64,000 nucleotides of DNA, from assembly GCA_963665275.2 (NCBI GenBank), contig CAXXIN010000016.1, forward strand, positions 224,001 through 288,000. The letters are read 5' to 3'. Position 1 is the first letter of the stretch. Each line of letters opens with the position of its first letter. The position numbers and the translations under genes were made by a program. The notes beneath the pieces were generated by a model that saw nothing but the letters and a program-made list of their open reading frames with translations, made no database searches and was not told the origin of the DNA. Source of the stretch: Negativicutes bacterium. Lineage in GTDB: Bacteria > Bacillota > Negativicutes > UBA1444. Positions 11,506 through 22,028 of the stretch are shown here, piece after piece.

Positions 11506-11655
11506 AGTTGTATTAGTGTGCTAAGCAATAATTTCTATGTAGAGGAGATTAGTGGAGATATTATCCGATAACGTGCGGCTCTATGACAATGTGGGCGAAG
11601 CGTCATAATACAAAACCAATCTTTTCTGCAATTGCCGTATTTACAACAAAGCGGG

Positions 11656-12897
11656 CTATGTATTCCGTTTGCTTAAGGTGCGAACTAATGTAAAAATCAA
11701 TACCAGTGAAATTGAAGCAATTGCGCCGTTAACCAAATAGTTATCCTGAATCTCCGGCCAAAATTTTGTTGTTCCCGTGTTGTCCAGGCTCGCTGCGATT
11801 ATACAGTTATCCTGGGGTTCTTTCTCGACGAAAATTTGCTGCAAGGCCATTTCATAGACCGGTTTCTCCGCTTTGGAATTGGCAAAATACAGACGGTAAG
11901 GGCCGGTGCCTAGATCTTGAAAGACCAGTTTATCCACAAAGTATTCGGCTCGAATTTCTTTAATTGGTAGCGGGCGATCATCCCTGTTGTTGATCTTGAT
12001 GACAAAGGCATTTGCAGACAGCTGTTTTCTTAACGAGATTCCTTTGTTGGCTATGTTTACCCCTGAAAATTGCAGGTTATAGATTTCCCCGGATTGTAAT
12101 GGGGATAGGCTCCTGACATCGTCGAAGATGGAGTAATTTCGTTGGAAATTATCTCCGACATCAAACACAATCCTTTTGATATGCAGCATATTCGGATTCC
12201 TCACGGTAATGATTGTTTCCCGCTGCTCATTTTTCATTTCGGTTTCCGGAATAAAGCTGCGCTCGTAACGACTCCACTCCGCCCGATATTTCGCATACGC
12301 CAGTTTCATCTCTCCCGGAACCAGATCGTCATTATTGTCCGGCATTTTAACCCGGTAGTAGGAAAATCTTCGAACTTCCCCAAGCAGAACTTCGTTGCGA
12401 ATCCGGCCATCCACTCTGTAAATTTGCCCATTCGTAACAAGCTGCCATTTCACATTGTCGTAGCTGCCATAAATCTCAATTTGCTTAACAAAGTTGCGAT
12501 TGGGAAGCAAACCAAACACCAGTTTGTTGGCTGTTGGATCAATGCCGGTCTGCACCGCAACTGCATAGTCGAAGTATCGATCGTCATCCTTTTTAAAGGA
12601 CAGAATGGAGCGGGTAGTGATCAATGTCTCATTCTGCTCCAGAGTAACATTGCCCGCCTGGATATAGAAAGGCACATGTTGGCTGGCATTGTCAACAAGT
12701 CTGAGATCAGCGAGATTTGGAAGTGCGTGTGCATAAACTTCGTCTGTAAGAAACACGGCTTTATATTTGTTGCTTCCATGAATTTCCAGCGGAGCGAAAC
12801 GACCCCAGTCGGACATGTCGGCTGCAAAGGCCAATGCTGGAATCCCCAACATTGCCACAAGGAATCCAACAAACCATGCCTTATTCATTTTTGCCAT
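11656..12897 (-). CDS. DUF3999-family exported protein
   Basis: Signal peptide, L.DLRL.D...VP motif, I.N.DD.PL, C-terminal TM helix; overlaps the DUF2339 gene. Confidence 0.7.
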   Translation of the reverse strand: MAKMNKAWFVGFLVAMLGIPALAFAADMSDWGRFAPLEIHGSNKYKAVFLTDEVYAHALPNLADLRLVDNASQHVPFYIQAGNVTLEQNETLITTRSILSFKKDDDRYFDYAVAVQTGIDPTANKLVFGLLPNRNFVKQIEIYGSYDNVKWQLVTNGQIYRVDGRIRNEVLLGEVRRFSYYRVKMPDNNDDLVPGEMKLAYAKYRAEWSRYERSFIPETEMKNEQRETIITVRNPNMLHIKRIVFDVGDNFQRNYSIFDDVRSLSPLQSGEIYNLQFSGVNIANKGISLRKQLSANAFVIKINNRDDRPLPIKEIRAEYFVDKLVFQDLGTGPYRLYFANSKAEKPVYEMALQQIFVEKEPQDNCIIAASLDNTGTTKFWPEIQDNYLVNGAIASISLVLIFTLVRTLSKRNT

Positions 12898-15403
12898 CGG
12901 TCTGCGTCTCCTTGTCGTTTTTCAGCCTCTGATAAATGAATGATATGCCTAACAACACGAACCCGAAACAGAAATAGGCGAGAATCTTGTTGAACGAGGT
13001 CAGGAAGGTCAAATCGTAGATAAAGAGCTTGGTGGTGGCCAACAACGACAGCGCAAGGCCGGTGCGCCGAACGTTGGCGTATTTATGGCGGAAACCGTAG
13101 TGGATCGCTGTCAAGCCGACCAAGAGATACATGAGGCTGAAAGTGAGGTTGGTGCTGCCCAAATGGAACTGCCGTGCGAGAAATAGAGTTACATCTCCTA
13201 GTCCGAACAGCAGCAAGGCCAAAGGATAAACTTCATAACTGCGATATTGACTCTGAATCAGATTGCGAGCGATCTCTCGCACAATCCCAAACATCATTAG
13301 ATTATATGCGATCAGAACAGCTAGCGCGACATATTCCTCGGCAGTGCCATGGCTTATATTCCTGACTGCAGGAAGCACCAGGTTGATGCCCAGCACAAGC
13401 ACGACGGACAAGGCATAAAACAGCTGGCTTATTCTCGCCACGGCCTTGTCCCGGACAAGCGACCAGCGTGGCAAGAGATACGCGAGAGCCATCGTGATTC
13501 CGGCAATCAGGAGGAGATAGTAGAAGCGTTGATAATAGCCAGGAGCCATTAACTGACGGAGCAGGTGTCCGCCAATATGCATCAGATATATCCAGACATT
13601 GAAGATGGCAAAGTATTTGAACCAGTGGATTCGCATCCAGTTCTTTCCGTAGCGGGCAAAGCCGTTTTTCTGAAGATCTAAAAGGTATAACCCTGAAATT
13701 CCGACCATGCCGGTGATCACGAAGAAGTATTTGAACTCGAAGAACGGCGTTGCATGGTGCGCAAGAAAGCGTAACCAATCAAACAGATAGAAAGCACCGA
13801 TGCATAATCCGAAAATCAACAAACCGGACTTTTCCAAGCGGGCTTCATTCTTTTTCAACCCGTAGAGGACCAAGATGACCCCTTCAACCAAGAGGCCCAT
13901 GGAGGTCCAGCGAACACCAAATTGGAAAGGGACCATCAGAATCGCAAAGGTTAACGCAGTCGCATAAAACAGGCCAAGCGCATATCTTTCTTCCGGCATC
14001 CGACGCGTGACCAAACGCGCCAGAGCGGCATAAACCAAGCAGAATCCCATCGCAAGCAGGCCCTGAAAATCTCCCCAGGCGGCTTGCTTAAATAATAGGT
14101 ACAGGATGGCGCAGCTGAGCAAAGTGTTGGCTCCCAATAAAATCACGTCCACCCGCCGCAGGCTTTGACGATATTTCAGCGGATAGGCCAGGATGACGCC
14201 GAGATACGTTGAAAATGAAGCAGCTGAATACATTATGGCGATCGGTTTATCGGCCGCACCAAAGGACAGGTAGAACAGGGACGGAATATGCAGCACCATA
14301 CTAACATAATGGATAATGCTCCACCGCTGGTGGAACGAGACCAACATCACGGAAAAATTGAGGGCGAATAGGTAACCCATTGCCGCATAATAAGAGTTTC
14401 CATGCAGGCCAAATGCCGCAATATAAGTGAAGAAAGGGAGGTATCCGCCAACCAGACCCAATGCGCAGATGGTTTGGGACCGATATCTCACTGAAAGGAT
14501 AACCGATGTAGCGGTAGTCAGAACTGACAATCCGATTCCCGCATCCAGTCCGATGATCTTCAATAAAAAATAACTGTAAAATATTCCGCAGTAAATGATT
14601 GAAATGCCTCCGCCTAATAAGCCGGTCGCAAAAATATCCTTGCCTTTTCGATAAAACCATTCGCCGCCCAGCAGGAAGAGTCCACCCAAAGCGAAGATGC
14701 CTGCACCTCGCATGGAATCATTGAACCATGTTGAGTATGTGTATTGTGCGGCAGTGCCGACCCCAAGCAGGATCAGTAAGATTCCCAGCTTGTTGACCCA
14801 GTTGAGGCCGACCTTCATCTCGAGTTCATTCTGCTTGATTCGTTTCTGAGCTACCTCTGGACTAATAGGCTCGGCAGCTAATTCGTCTAGTTGTCGTGTA
14901 TTTTCCTGGGCATGGGCTGCCAGTCCCGCATTAAATTGGTCGTTGCGTGCACACAGGATCTGCATGATGGTATTTTCATATATCGACAGGTCATGAATAA
15001 TGGTTTCCATTTCTCCATCAATCTCCCGATATGAGGTTTTTTTCAGTTCCGTGACTTTTTGTTTCACCTGTGCTTCAGCGGTAGAAAGGCGGTCTGCGTG
15101 CTCTTTGGTGGCGTCGGCAAAATAGGTCCGGAGTTTTTCTCTGGATATTTTAATAATCAATAGCTTCTCATCAAGCATCTGTTCCTGTAAACTCAGTTTT
15201 AATTGGAGATTTTCCTGGGAAACCTGTCGATACTGCATTTCCAGCGCTTTGCATAGGGCAGCCGTTTCGTCGATATTCTGGCGAAGTTCCTTGTTTTCGC
15301 GCAGCACATCTATATCCTGCACTTCTCGCAGTACTCGGTCATATTCGGTCAATAATCTCTCGTGTTGTTCGCGTAGGGTATTAAGCGCCAGGCTCAATTC
15401 CAT
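12881..15403 (-). CDS. DUF2339-family multi-pass membrane protein with N-terminal coiled coil
   Basis: E..VG.NW.NK.G start of the TM region, GGY.P, C-terminal KL..YDL...KI..F...G..LL..S..Y. Confidence 0.85.
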   Translation of the reverse strand: MELSLALNTLREQHERLLTEYDRVLREVQDIDVLRENKELRQNIDETAALCKALEMQYRQVSQENLQLKLSLQEQMLDEKLLIIKISREKLRTYFADATKEHADRLSTAEAQVKQKVTELKKTSYREIDGEMETIIHDLSIYENTIMQILCARNDQFNAGLAAHAQENTRQLDELAAEPISPEVAQKRIKQNELEMKVGLNWVNKLGILLILLGVGTAAQYTYSTWFNDSMRGAGIFALGGLFLLGGEWFYRKGKDIFATGLLGGGISIIYCGIFYSYFLLKIIGLDAGIGLSVLTTATSVILSVRYRSQTICALGLVGGYLPFFTYIAAFGLHGNSYYAAMGYLFALNFSVMLVSFHQRWSIIHYVSMVLHIPSLFYLSFGAADKPIAIMYSAASFSTYLGVILAYPLKYRQSLRRVDVILLGANTLLSCAILYLLFKQAAWGDFQGLLAMGFCLVYAALARLVTRRMPEERYALGLFYATALTFAILMVPFQFGVRWTSMGLLVEGVILVLYGLKKNEARLEKSGLLIFGLCIGAFYLFDWLRFLAHHATPFFEFKYFFVITGMVGISGLYLLDLQKNGFARYGKNWMRIHWFKYFAIFNVWIYLMHIGGHLLRQLMAPGYYQRFYYLLLIAGITMALAYLLPRWSLVRDKAVARISQLFYALSVVLVLGINLVLPAVRNISHGTAEEYVALAVLIAYNLMMFGIVREIARNLIQSQYRSYEVYPLALLLFGLGDVTLFLARQFHLGSTNLTFSLMYLLVGLTAIHYGFRHKYANVRRTGLALSLLATTKLFIYDLTFLTSFNKILAYFCFGFVLLGISFIYQRLKNDKETQTDGKNE

Positions 15404-15500
15404 GAGGATGCCTCCCTTCTTATTGAAACAACGTGAGAACTGCTTTTACCATCAAGGTAAAATACGTACTGCATCATACGGCGCCTCGTTTCATACGGTG

Positions 15501-16277
15501 TTACGCCTGCTCGTTCAATGAATCACAGGGAGGCTGAACTGCCAGGATGCCCGCCGCCGCCGCAAGATGCTTCAAGCTGTGACCGCTGATCATGTGAAGC
15601 GTGCTGTTAAATATGGCTGTGTCTTGCAGCTCAAACAGTTTGGCCAAGATATATGCCAGCAGCAGTGTCCAGTACATTCGGTCGCGACTTGCCTTGGCGG
15701 GGAACAGGATAAGCACCAAAGGAAGAAGCACCATGGGCAGATATTGGATCAGGATGTACAATCTAAGGTCCCCCGCGCCCATTATTTCGCTGACCCACCA
15801 GTACACAACGCTGAAGGCTCCGACAGAAACGACAAACCGAAACATTTGCTTTCCGAAACGGCCCCCAAAGCGTTCACCGCAAATGCAAGCGACGAGGGAG
15901 CCAAAAGCCAATGTCATCGGCAGTCGATCCCAGAACAAACTGTTGTTTGAAGGCTGCCAATGGTAGTACGCAGATCCAATGCCGACGCCAACGACCGCAG
16001 CAAAGAAAAAATCCCACATGAACACCTCGAAAGAAGATCGGTTCTTTCTGTTTCTTATCAGTCCCACAATTCCTGCAATAAGAAAGCCGGCATTGGAAAT
16101 TACGTTGCCGATGTTTGGAATCCCTCCATAGCTTAGCACATCGGCGAACTGGTGGTAGGCAGGATCTTGTGCAATTGGGGCCAAAGAAAAGATCTTGTAT
16201 GTAGCAATGAAAATTACGAGCAAGATAGCGCCGCAGCGCAGTGAATACGAGTGGGTGGCATCCATTTTATAAGTCAC
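15501..16277 (-). CDS. Ceramidase-domain (CREST family) membrane protein
   Basis: QDP.YHQFAD, NVISN, GSAYYH, WDRLPM, SGHSLKH motifs. Confidence 0.85.
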   Translation of the reverse strand: MTYKMDATHSYSLRCGAILLVIFIATYKIFSLAPIAQDPAYHQFADVLSYGGIPNIGNVISNAGFLIAGIVGLIRNRKNRSSFEVFMWDFFFAAVVGVGIGSAYYHWQPSNNSLFWDRLPMTLAFGSLVACICGERFGGRFGKQMFRFVVSVGAFSVVYWWVSEIMGAGDLRLYILIQYLPMVLLPLVLILFPAKASRDRMYWTLLLAYILAKLFELQDTAIFNSTLHMISGHSLKHLAAAAGILAVQPPCDSLNEQA

Positions 16278-16300
16278 AATAAACTCTCCTCACACTCAAA

Positions 16301-16348
16301 GTTAACGTTCGTTAACCTAAGTATAAAAGAGCTTGTCTACTTTGTCAA
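16301..16348 (-). promoter_or_regulatory. Sigma-A promoter and palindromic operator of the ceramidase-like gene
   Basis: Minus-strand TTGACA-17-TATACT; palindrome GTTAACG-tt-CGTTAAC at 16301-16316. Confidence 0.7.
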
Positions 16349-16479
16349 TGTATTTCTAAAATATTTATGCCCTGCACCGCCGAAGCGCAGAAACGTAATT
16401 CGTGCATGAAGAAATCAAAAAGCAGATTTCTGGAGCAAGACCTCATTTGAACGGAGGAAAGCATTGAACAGAAAAATAC

Positions 16480-16725
16480 ATGCTTGTCGTCAGCGAACCG
16501 GGCCTGTATTCTCTGGTGTTGGGATCGCGCAGGCCGGAGGCGCGGCAATTTCGCCGCTGGATTACCCACGAAGTCATTCCGGTGCTGCGATCAGGCGGGA
16601 GTTATTCTTTGCCCGTTCCTTCCGCCACCGGGCAACTGATTCAATTCTCCCGGCGCGATCTGCTCAATTTGGCCGTGGAAGCTGAAACGGAATGCGAGGA
16701 ACTGCGCGGCGCGCCGGAGAGCTGA
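16480..16725 (+). pseudogene. BRO-N phage antirepressor fragment
   Basis: VSEPGLYSLVLGSRRPEARQFRRWITHEVIP is the C-terminal half of BRO-N; the N-terminal half is absent. Confidence 0.85.
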
Positions 16726-16845
16726 TGAAGCCGCGAAAAGCTGGATTCGTTCGAACGCGTTGACAGTTTTTCGCCGCCCGTTCTATACTTAAGGCAGGCC
16801 AAGGCCAATACTATTGTCGTTGGGATTGAACTCGCGAATTTCATC

Positions 16846-17060
16846 TATGTCGGCGAACTGAATGTGTTGCATCCGTTTCGTGAGGGCAACGGTCGGGCGC
16901 TGCGCGCTTTTTTGCGAGAACTGACTTTGCAGCAGGGTTTGTTGCTGCGATTCGAAAAACTGGATCCCGAGGACTGGCTGCAGGCCTCCATCGCGGCCTA
17001 TACCGGTGACTTGTCGAAAATGCAGGCGCTGCTGGCGCGAATCGTCGAACCGATAAAGAA
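16846..17060 (+). pseudogene. Fic-domain protein fragment
   Basis: ELNVLHPFREGNGR Fic motif; N-terminal half missing. Confidence 0.85.
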
Positions 17061-17323
17061 ACCTGATTCACGTTGTTCCACGCTCCCTCACGTCCGTACC
17101 TCCGGCCCGTCCATTTTGGTGGCGGGCTTCGTCTTTTGCTGCGCGTCAGACGTGGAATCAACGATGACCGCTGTCGGCGCATGCACTTGCCACCGGGCAG
17201 CCTCGCCTTGCACTGTCGCATTCATTTCAACTGGTATTCTTTGCAGAGCGTTTGCAGGAATTTGCTGTGCAATGACCGAAGATACCTCTGTCTTCAAAAT
17301 AACGAAGATGAGGAGGATTGGCC

Positions 17324-18361
17324 ATGAAAAAATTTCTCAGCCGACTCTTATTCATTTTGATACTGTCTTTCTATCTACCAGCATCTGCCGAATCGGTTTT
17401 CCCTGGCGACAGCTGGGTTCAGGTTGAATCGCCGGAAAGTGTAGGCTGGTCAACTGGAAAACTTAAGATCGTTGGTGATTACGCTTTATCGACTGGCACG
17501 CAGGGCCTAATGATCATTCAGGGCGGAAAAGTAGTATATACCTATGGCAACGTTCAAGAACAATCGTATTTGCATTCTGTAAGAAAAAGTTTGCTCAATG
17601 GACTGATTGGTATATTTGTTGAATCTGGCAAAATTGATCCCCAAAGCACTCTTGAATCCCTGGGTATTGATGACTCACCACCTGCGTTGACCCAAACGGA
17701 AAAACAAGCACGCATAATTGACCTGTTGAAAGCACGATCCGGAGTGTATCACGCCGCAGCCGCCGAAACCCAAAGAATGAAAGAATTGCGTCCACTGCGC
17801 GGTTCCCATGCCCCTGGAAGCTATTGGTACTATAACAATTGGGATTTCAATGTATTGGGCGTAATTTTCGAAAAGAATACGAAGCAATCCATTGGGAAAG
17901 CATTTTTTGATACAATCGCACAACCTATTGGGATGCAGCAATTCAGTCCCAATTCAGTAGATTATCAAAAATCAACCGATTCAATTCATCCAGCTTATCG
18001 TTTTAAAATGAGCACACAGGATATCGCGCGTTTTGGACTGCTTTACTTGAACTATGGAGTGTGGAAAGACAAACAACTGATTCCTAAAAAATGGATTATC
18101 GACAGCACGACATCCTACTCAAATGCAAGCCCGGGTGTCGGCTATGGTTATATGTGGTGGCTTCCGACCAATGTAATCTACGGACAGGCGATCCCCGGCG
18201 TGGCTTGGCGTGCCGAAGGTGTTGGCGGTCAATATATCATCGTGATTCCCTCAATGGATTTAGTCGTTGCACATTTATCAAAATTTGACTCCACAGGTAT
18301 CGATTCTTATCCTACATTCAGAAATCTATTTCGTTTAATTCTCGAAGCACGTATGAATTAA
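17324..18361 (+). CDS. Secreted serine hydrolase (beta-lactamase/AmpC-like family)
   Basis: Signal peptide, SVRK (SxxK), YNN (YxN), ARFGLLYL, G.GGQ. Confidence 0.9.
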   Translation: MKKFLSRLLFILILSFYLPASAESVFPGDSWVQVESPESVGWSTGKLKIVGDYALSTGTQGLMIIQGGKVVYTYGNVQEQSYLHSVRKSLLNGLIGIFVESGKIDPQSTLESLGIDDSPPALTQTEKQARIIDLLKARSGVYHAAAAETQRMKELRPLRGSHAPGSYWYYNNWDFNVLGVIFEKNTKQSIGKAFFDTIAQPIGMQQFSPNSVDYQKSTDSIHPAYRFKMSTQDIARFGLLYLNYGVWKDKQLIPKKWIIDSTTSYSNASPGVGYGYMWWLPTNVIYGQAIPGVAWRAEGVGGQYIIVIPSMDLVVAHLSKFDSTGIDSYPTFRNLFRLILEARMN

Positions 18362-18741
18362 CAATTATTACATTATTGGCTTCGCTCCGATCCCCTCACG
18401 TTCGCTCTCCAGCCCGTCACATTTCGTGGCGGGCTTTCGTTTTTTGCCGCCTTCCGGGCGATACCAACCGCACCCAATGGAAACAGCACTGGGATTTGCC
18501 GCCGGGTTGCGCTACTGAATTCCCATAGTTTTTTCCCATGATGCCATGCGTGGCCGTCTGAAGCTGTTGAAAATACTTCTTTCTGTTTGTTTTGGAAATG
18601 GAATACCGGTTCAATGGAATCAATTGTTTGCATGAGGAAAGCCTCCTTTGCTTTTTATGCCGCTTAGTTACCCTCTCTCTATGGCATGTTATAATATAAA
18701 TAATTGAGCGAATCCTGCGCCGCAGGAGGAGGAATGAGCGA

Positions 18742-19476
18742 GTGGGTTCAGAAGATGCCAACCCTTGCAGAGTAATTTGCGAGAAACGAATTTGGCAAAA
18801 AAATCCTATCGAGCATGTGCATGACTATGCTCAACTCATCTTGCCGGTTCATGGCGCGCTGAGTATTTCTGTGGAAGGAACCCTCGACAAAACCATCCAG
18901 AATGAAGTGGTATTTGTTCCACCACGAGCCGTTCACACCTTCTCCTCATGTGAGAAAGGCAACGTCATTGCTTTTGATATCCAAGAGGATTGGAATAGGC
19001 AATGGCAAAACGTTAAAGGGTTTGCGCGCGAGATCGACAGGACATGGATGGCGCTGAGAACTTTGATAGAATATGAGCTGGCGAATGGACCTCGCCATTC
19101 TTTACAACTTGAAAAACTTGGCGATTACGCTGTACATTTGCTGGCTCTGTCTGAACCCCAATCCATTCGCTATATCAGGGAAAATTTCCGTGAATCTTTG
19201 AAAGTATCGTTTTTGGCGGCAATGGAAAACTTCAGTGTCGGCCACTACCATAAATGGTTCATTCGTCATACAGGCGCAACGCCAGTTGAATATATCCAGC
19301 GCCTACGAATCGAACGGGCCAAAGAACTCTTGCTAACAAGCGATATGTCTATTCATCACATTGCCTGGGATGTCGGATACACCAACCAAGCTACCCTGAG
19401 CCGCCTATTTGCCGAAGATATCGGGTTGTCTCCGGTAGCTTATCGAAGCAAGATGCGAGAATCGGTCAAAAACTGA
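18742..19476 (+). CDS. AraC family transcriptional regulator
   Basis: N-terminal cupin (H.H...Q), C-terminal double HTH (IAWDVGY.NQ..LSRLF...G.SP..YR). Confidence 0.92.
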   Translation: MGSEDANPCRVICEKRIWQKNPIEHVHDYAQLILPVHGALSISVEGTLDKTIQNEVVFVPPRAVHTFSSCEKGNVIAFDIQEDWNRQWQNVKGFAREIDRTWMALRTLIEYELANGPRHSLQLEKLGDYAVHLLALSEPQSIRYIRENFRESLKVSFLAAMENFSVGHYHKWFIRHTGATPVEYIQRLRIERAKELLLTSDMSIHHIAWDVGYTNQATLSRLFAEDIGLSPVAYRSKMRESVKN

Positions 19477-19551
19477 ACACAAACTCCCACATCCCATTGC
19501 CTACACTCTGCTACAATCGTGGCAGAGCTTTCTTTTGGGAGGAAATGAAGA

Positions 19552-20430
19552 TTGGCTAAGAATTCCACTTTGCTCAGCCTGCTTTGCGTTTTGGCTGCAG
19601 CCATGCTCTGGGGTACGACGGGAACCATTCAAGGCCTGCTGCCGTCCAGCCGTAATCCTGTCGTTGTGGCGGCAGTTCGAGTTTTGCTGGGAGCTACGGC
19701 TCTGTGGCTGTTTTGCCTAGTTAACGGAGTATCAATCAAGGCGCTTCTTGGGTTGCCCCGTTGGCGTATCTTCGGAGCCGGAACCGCTATCGCCAGTTAT
19801 AATCTGTTCTTCTTCGCCGGTGTCGCTCATGCCGGGGTCGGCGTAGGCACCGCTATCGCCATCGGTAGCGGCCCACTTTGGGTTTTGGCCTATGAGATTA
19901 TTTTCTCTGCGCGACGCACTTCATCCCGCAGTCTTACAGGGCAAGCAACTGCCATTGCGGGGCTGGCAATTTTGGTAATGGGAGACATGCAAGGACAAGT
20001 GTCGTTCCTTGGTTATGCGCTGTCCTTGTTAGCTGGCTTATCTTATGGAACCTATGTTTATCTCACTGGCGGGATTAGCAAGGAAACTAATTCCGCCCTG
20101 GTTGCCGCGACTACTTTCAGTGTAGCCAGTATTGTCTTGTCGCCAAGCCTGTTTTTGCTTTCAACGGCTTGGATCGACTACCGAAGTTTCGGTTATTTGG
20201 CTTTTTTAGGAATCGCCTCCACAGGCGTAGCCTTCTTCCTTTTCACTTATGGGTTACAACGGATTTCCGCATCTACGGCTGTAACATTGACCTTGGCAGA
20301 ACCTCTCACCGCTTGGTTTTTGGCAACGACTATTTTGGGCGAACCCGTGACTTTACCGAAAGTGATAGGAGCCGTCCTGCTGGTAGTCGGAATCCGAATC
20401 GTCGCTGGTGCGTCTAAGTCCTCTGAATAA
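19552..20430 (+). CDS. EamA/DMT family transporter
   Basis: Ten TM helices, LWGTTG, AEPL.A...LGE. Confidence 0.92.
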   Translation: MAKNSTLLSLLCVLAAAMLWGTTGTIQGLLPSSRNPVVVAAVRVLLGATALWLFCLVNGVSIKALLGLPRWRIFGAGTAIASYNLFFFAGVAHAGVGVGTAIAIGSGPLWVLAYEIIFSARRTSSRSLTGQATAIAGLAILVMGDMQGQVSFLGYALSLLAGLSYGTYVYLTGGISKETNSALVAATTFSVASIVLSPSLFLLSTAWIDYRSFGYLAFLGIASTGVAFFLFTYGLQRISASTAVTLTLAEPLTAWFLATTILGEPVTLPKVIGAVLLVVGIRIVAGASKSSE

Positions 20431-20448
20431 CAAGTGGTTTTCCCTGCC

Positions 20449-20661
20449 GGGGTCGCCTCTGCGGTTTTATCTGAATTAGAGAAACATGCCGTTTAGAATG
20501 ATGTGTTGCTTCTATCGACTCACGCCTCAATCACTTCCAAACCGTTTTTTGCAGCAAAGGGTTATTGGGTTGTAAGAGAACAACAAATCGAACGAGAAGA
20601 CCAAGTATTAACGAATTTTGTCATGGAAAAGCATCTCCAATCATCCGCAGCTTTTTTTTGA
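20449..20661 (+). pseudogene. GNAT acetyltransferase C-terminal remnant (YafP-like), not in the ORF track
   Basis: Translates GVASAVLSELEKHAV*NDVLLLSTHASITSKPFFAAKGY..EQQIER...LTNFVMEK; internal stop, no N-terminus. Confidence 0.75.
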
Positions 20662-21481
20662 ATCACAAACTCTATTGATTCGCAGCCCGGACCCTCCGGG
20701 CTGTTTTTATTTGCCCATCTTCCCGGCCAGCGCCAACACTGAGAAACTGGAAAAGCTTTCGCCCCGTACCGTGTTGATGCTGCATCACTTCTTGAAATCA
20801 AGCTTGCAGCAAGCCGTAGAGGATGCAGTCCTTTACCGCAACCCGGCAGGGCCCCTCAAGCGCCCACGGATGAAGGCGAAAGCCGATAAGTTCTTGGAAA
20901 CGGCGACTGTGCGCAAGCTGCTGCAAGACGCCAAAGGCTACCAGAAAACACTACTGCTGCTTGCCTGGACATCAGGCATGCGCCGCGAAGAAATCTTAGG
21001 GCTTTGTTGGTCAGACTTCAAAGCAGGGAATATCACGGTACGTCGTTCCGTGAAAAAAGGTCGGATTTTATCAACGGAACATAAAACGCCGTCCGCATAC
21101 CGGACGATTCCGCTACCGGCAGAAACCATCCGGGCACTGGCGGACAAAGAAAAAGACAAACCCCAAGTAGTCAATATGACTACTCCGGATTTGATCTTTC
21201 CGGCTGAAGACGGCAAACCCATCGAACTGATGGTATTGACCCGGTATTTTTCCAGACTTTGCAAACGCTGCAAAGTTGCAGCGACGCTTCACGATCTCAG
21301 GCATACTTACGCAACCAATCTTGCTATCGCTGGCGTGCATCCCGCTAGGGCCCAATATCTGCTCGGGCATTCCAAAGCCCAAATGACCCTGAACTGCTAC
21401 ACTCATATTCGCGGTGGCGATATGACGGGGATCGCAGAAATCGTGGAAAAATCAATGGTAGTCAAGGCAGTAGTCAAATGA
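20618..21481 (+). pseudogene. Tyrosine recombinase/integrase, 5'-truncated (catalytic domain intact)
   Basis: GMRREE, LHDLRHTYA, LGHS, T...Y.H catalytic residues. Integrase-like sequence starts only near 20740; arm-binding domain absent. Confidence 0.88.
21458..21477 (+). repeat. Integrase arm-type repeat pair GTAGTCAA (12-bp period)
   Basis: GTAGTCAA at 21458 and 21470. Confidence 0.7.
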
Positions 21482-21546
21482 CCGCTTGAACGGCACCGTC
21501 CGGATAAAAAGAAAAACGCCACAGTAACTGCAGCGTCTAACGTTTG

Positions 21547-21591
21547 CTTGGTGGGGGCATACTGGTTTCGAACCAGTGACCTCTTGAATGT
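21547..21591 (-). repeat. att core: duplicate of the tRNA-Val 3' half
   Basis: CTTGGTGGGGGCATACTGGTTTCGAACCAGTGACCTCTTGAATGT matches 36047-36090 apart from one extra G in the G run. Confidence 0.95.
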
Positions 21592-21974
21592 AAGTTGCCC
21601 AATATTGCGAAGATGAGTGGAGACTTTTCAGTAACAGCAGGAATTCTCACGATTTAGGGCAAGATGCATTCGGATGATTCCGGAACCCATTTTTAGAAAA
21701 ATTTTTAGAAGGATTTTGCGCACTTTCACATCATCACGTATCTGAAAAGTTGTATCCGGTCCGGATAGCACCACCATAATTAAAAAGTTTCATGGAAGCT
21801 CAATTTATGAAATTGATCTTCCATTTTTTTGTTTGGCGAGACCGTTCGCGACCGCTTGAAGGTGTGAGAGGTATCTGGGCATTGGGGGGTGAAAACCTGC
21901 AACTGTTCAACGAAAGTAAAAACAGAGGATAACCTCAGAAAAATAAGGCTTTCTGACAAGTTTAACCGTAATAT

Positions 21975-22028
21975 TTGACTACCGCTAAAAATTGTCTGAT
22001 CAACAAAAGTAGTCAGTGCGGTAGTCAA
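21975..22028. repeat. Integrase arm-type repeats (GTAGTCA[A/G])
   Basis: Inverted TTGACTAC at 21975; direct GTAGTCAG at 22009 and GTAGTCAA at 22021 (12-bp period). Confidence 0.7.

Noticed and set aside
17060-17427. C-terminal extension of ORF 16864..17427 as a Fic fusion domain
   Set aside because: It appears to be read-through into unrelated sequence and overlaps the serine hydrolase start.
18375-18540. Hairpin-rich region resembling a c-di-GMP-I or cobalamin riboswitch
   Set aside because: No GAAA tetraloop/GCAAAG or B12 box; the main hairpin (about 18411-18445) is explained as the serine hydrolase terminator.
21547-21591. Second tRNA gene
   Set aside because: Only the 3' half is present; it is an att duplicate.
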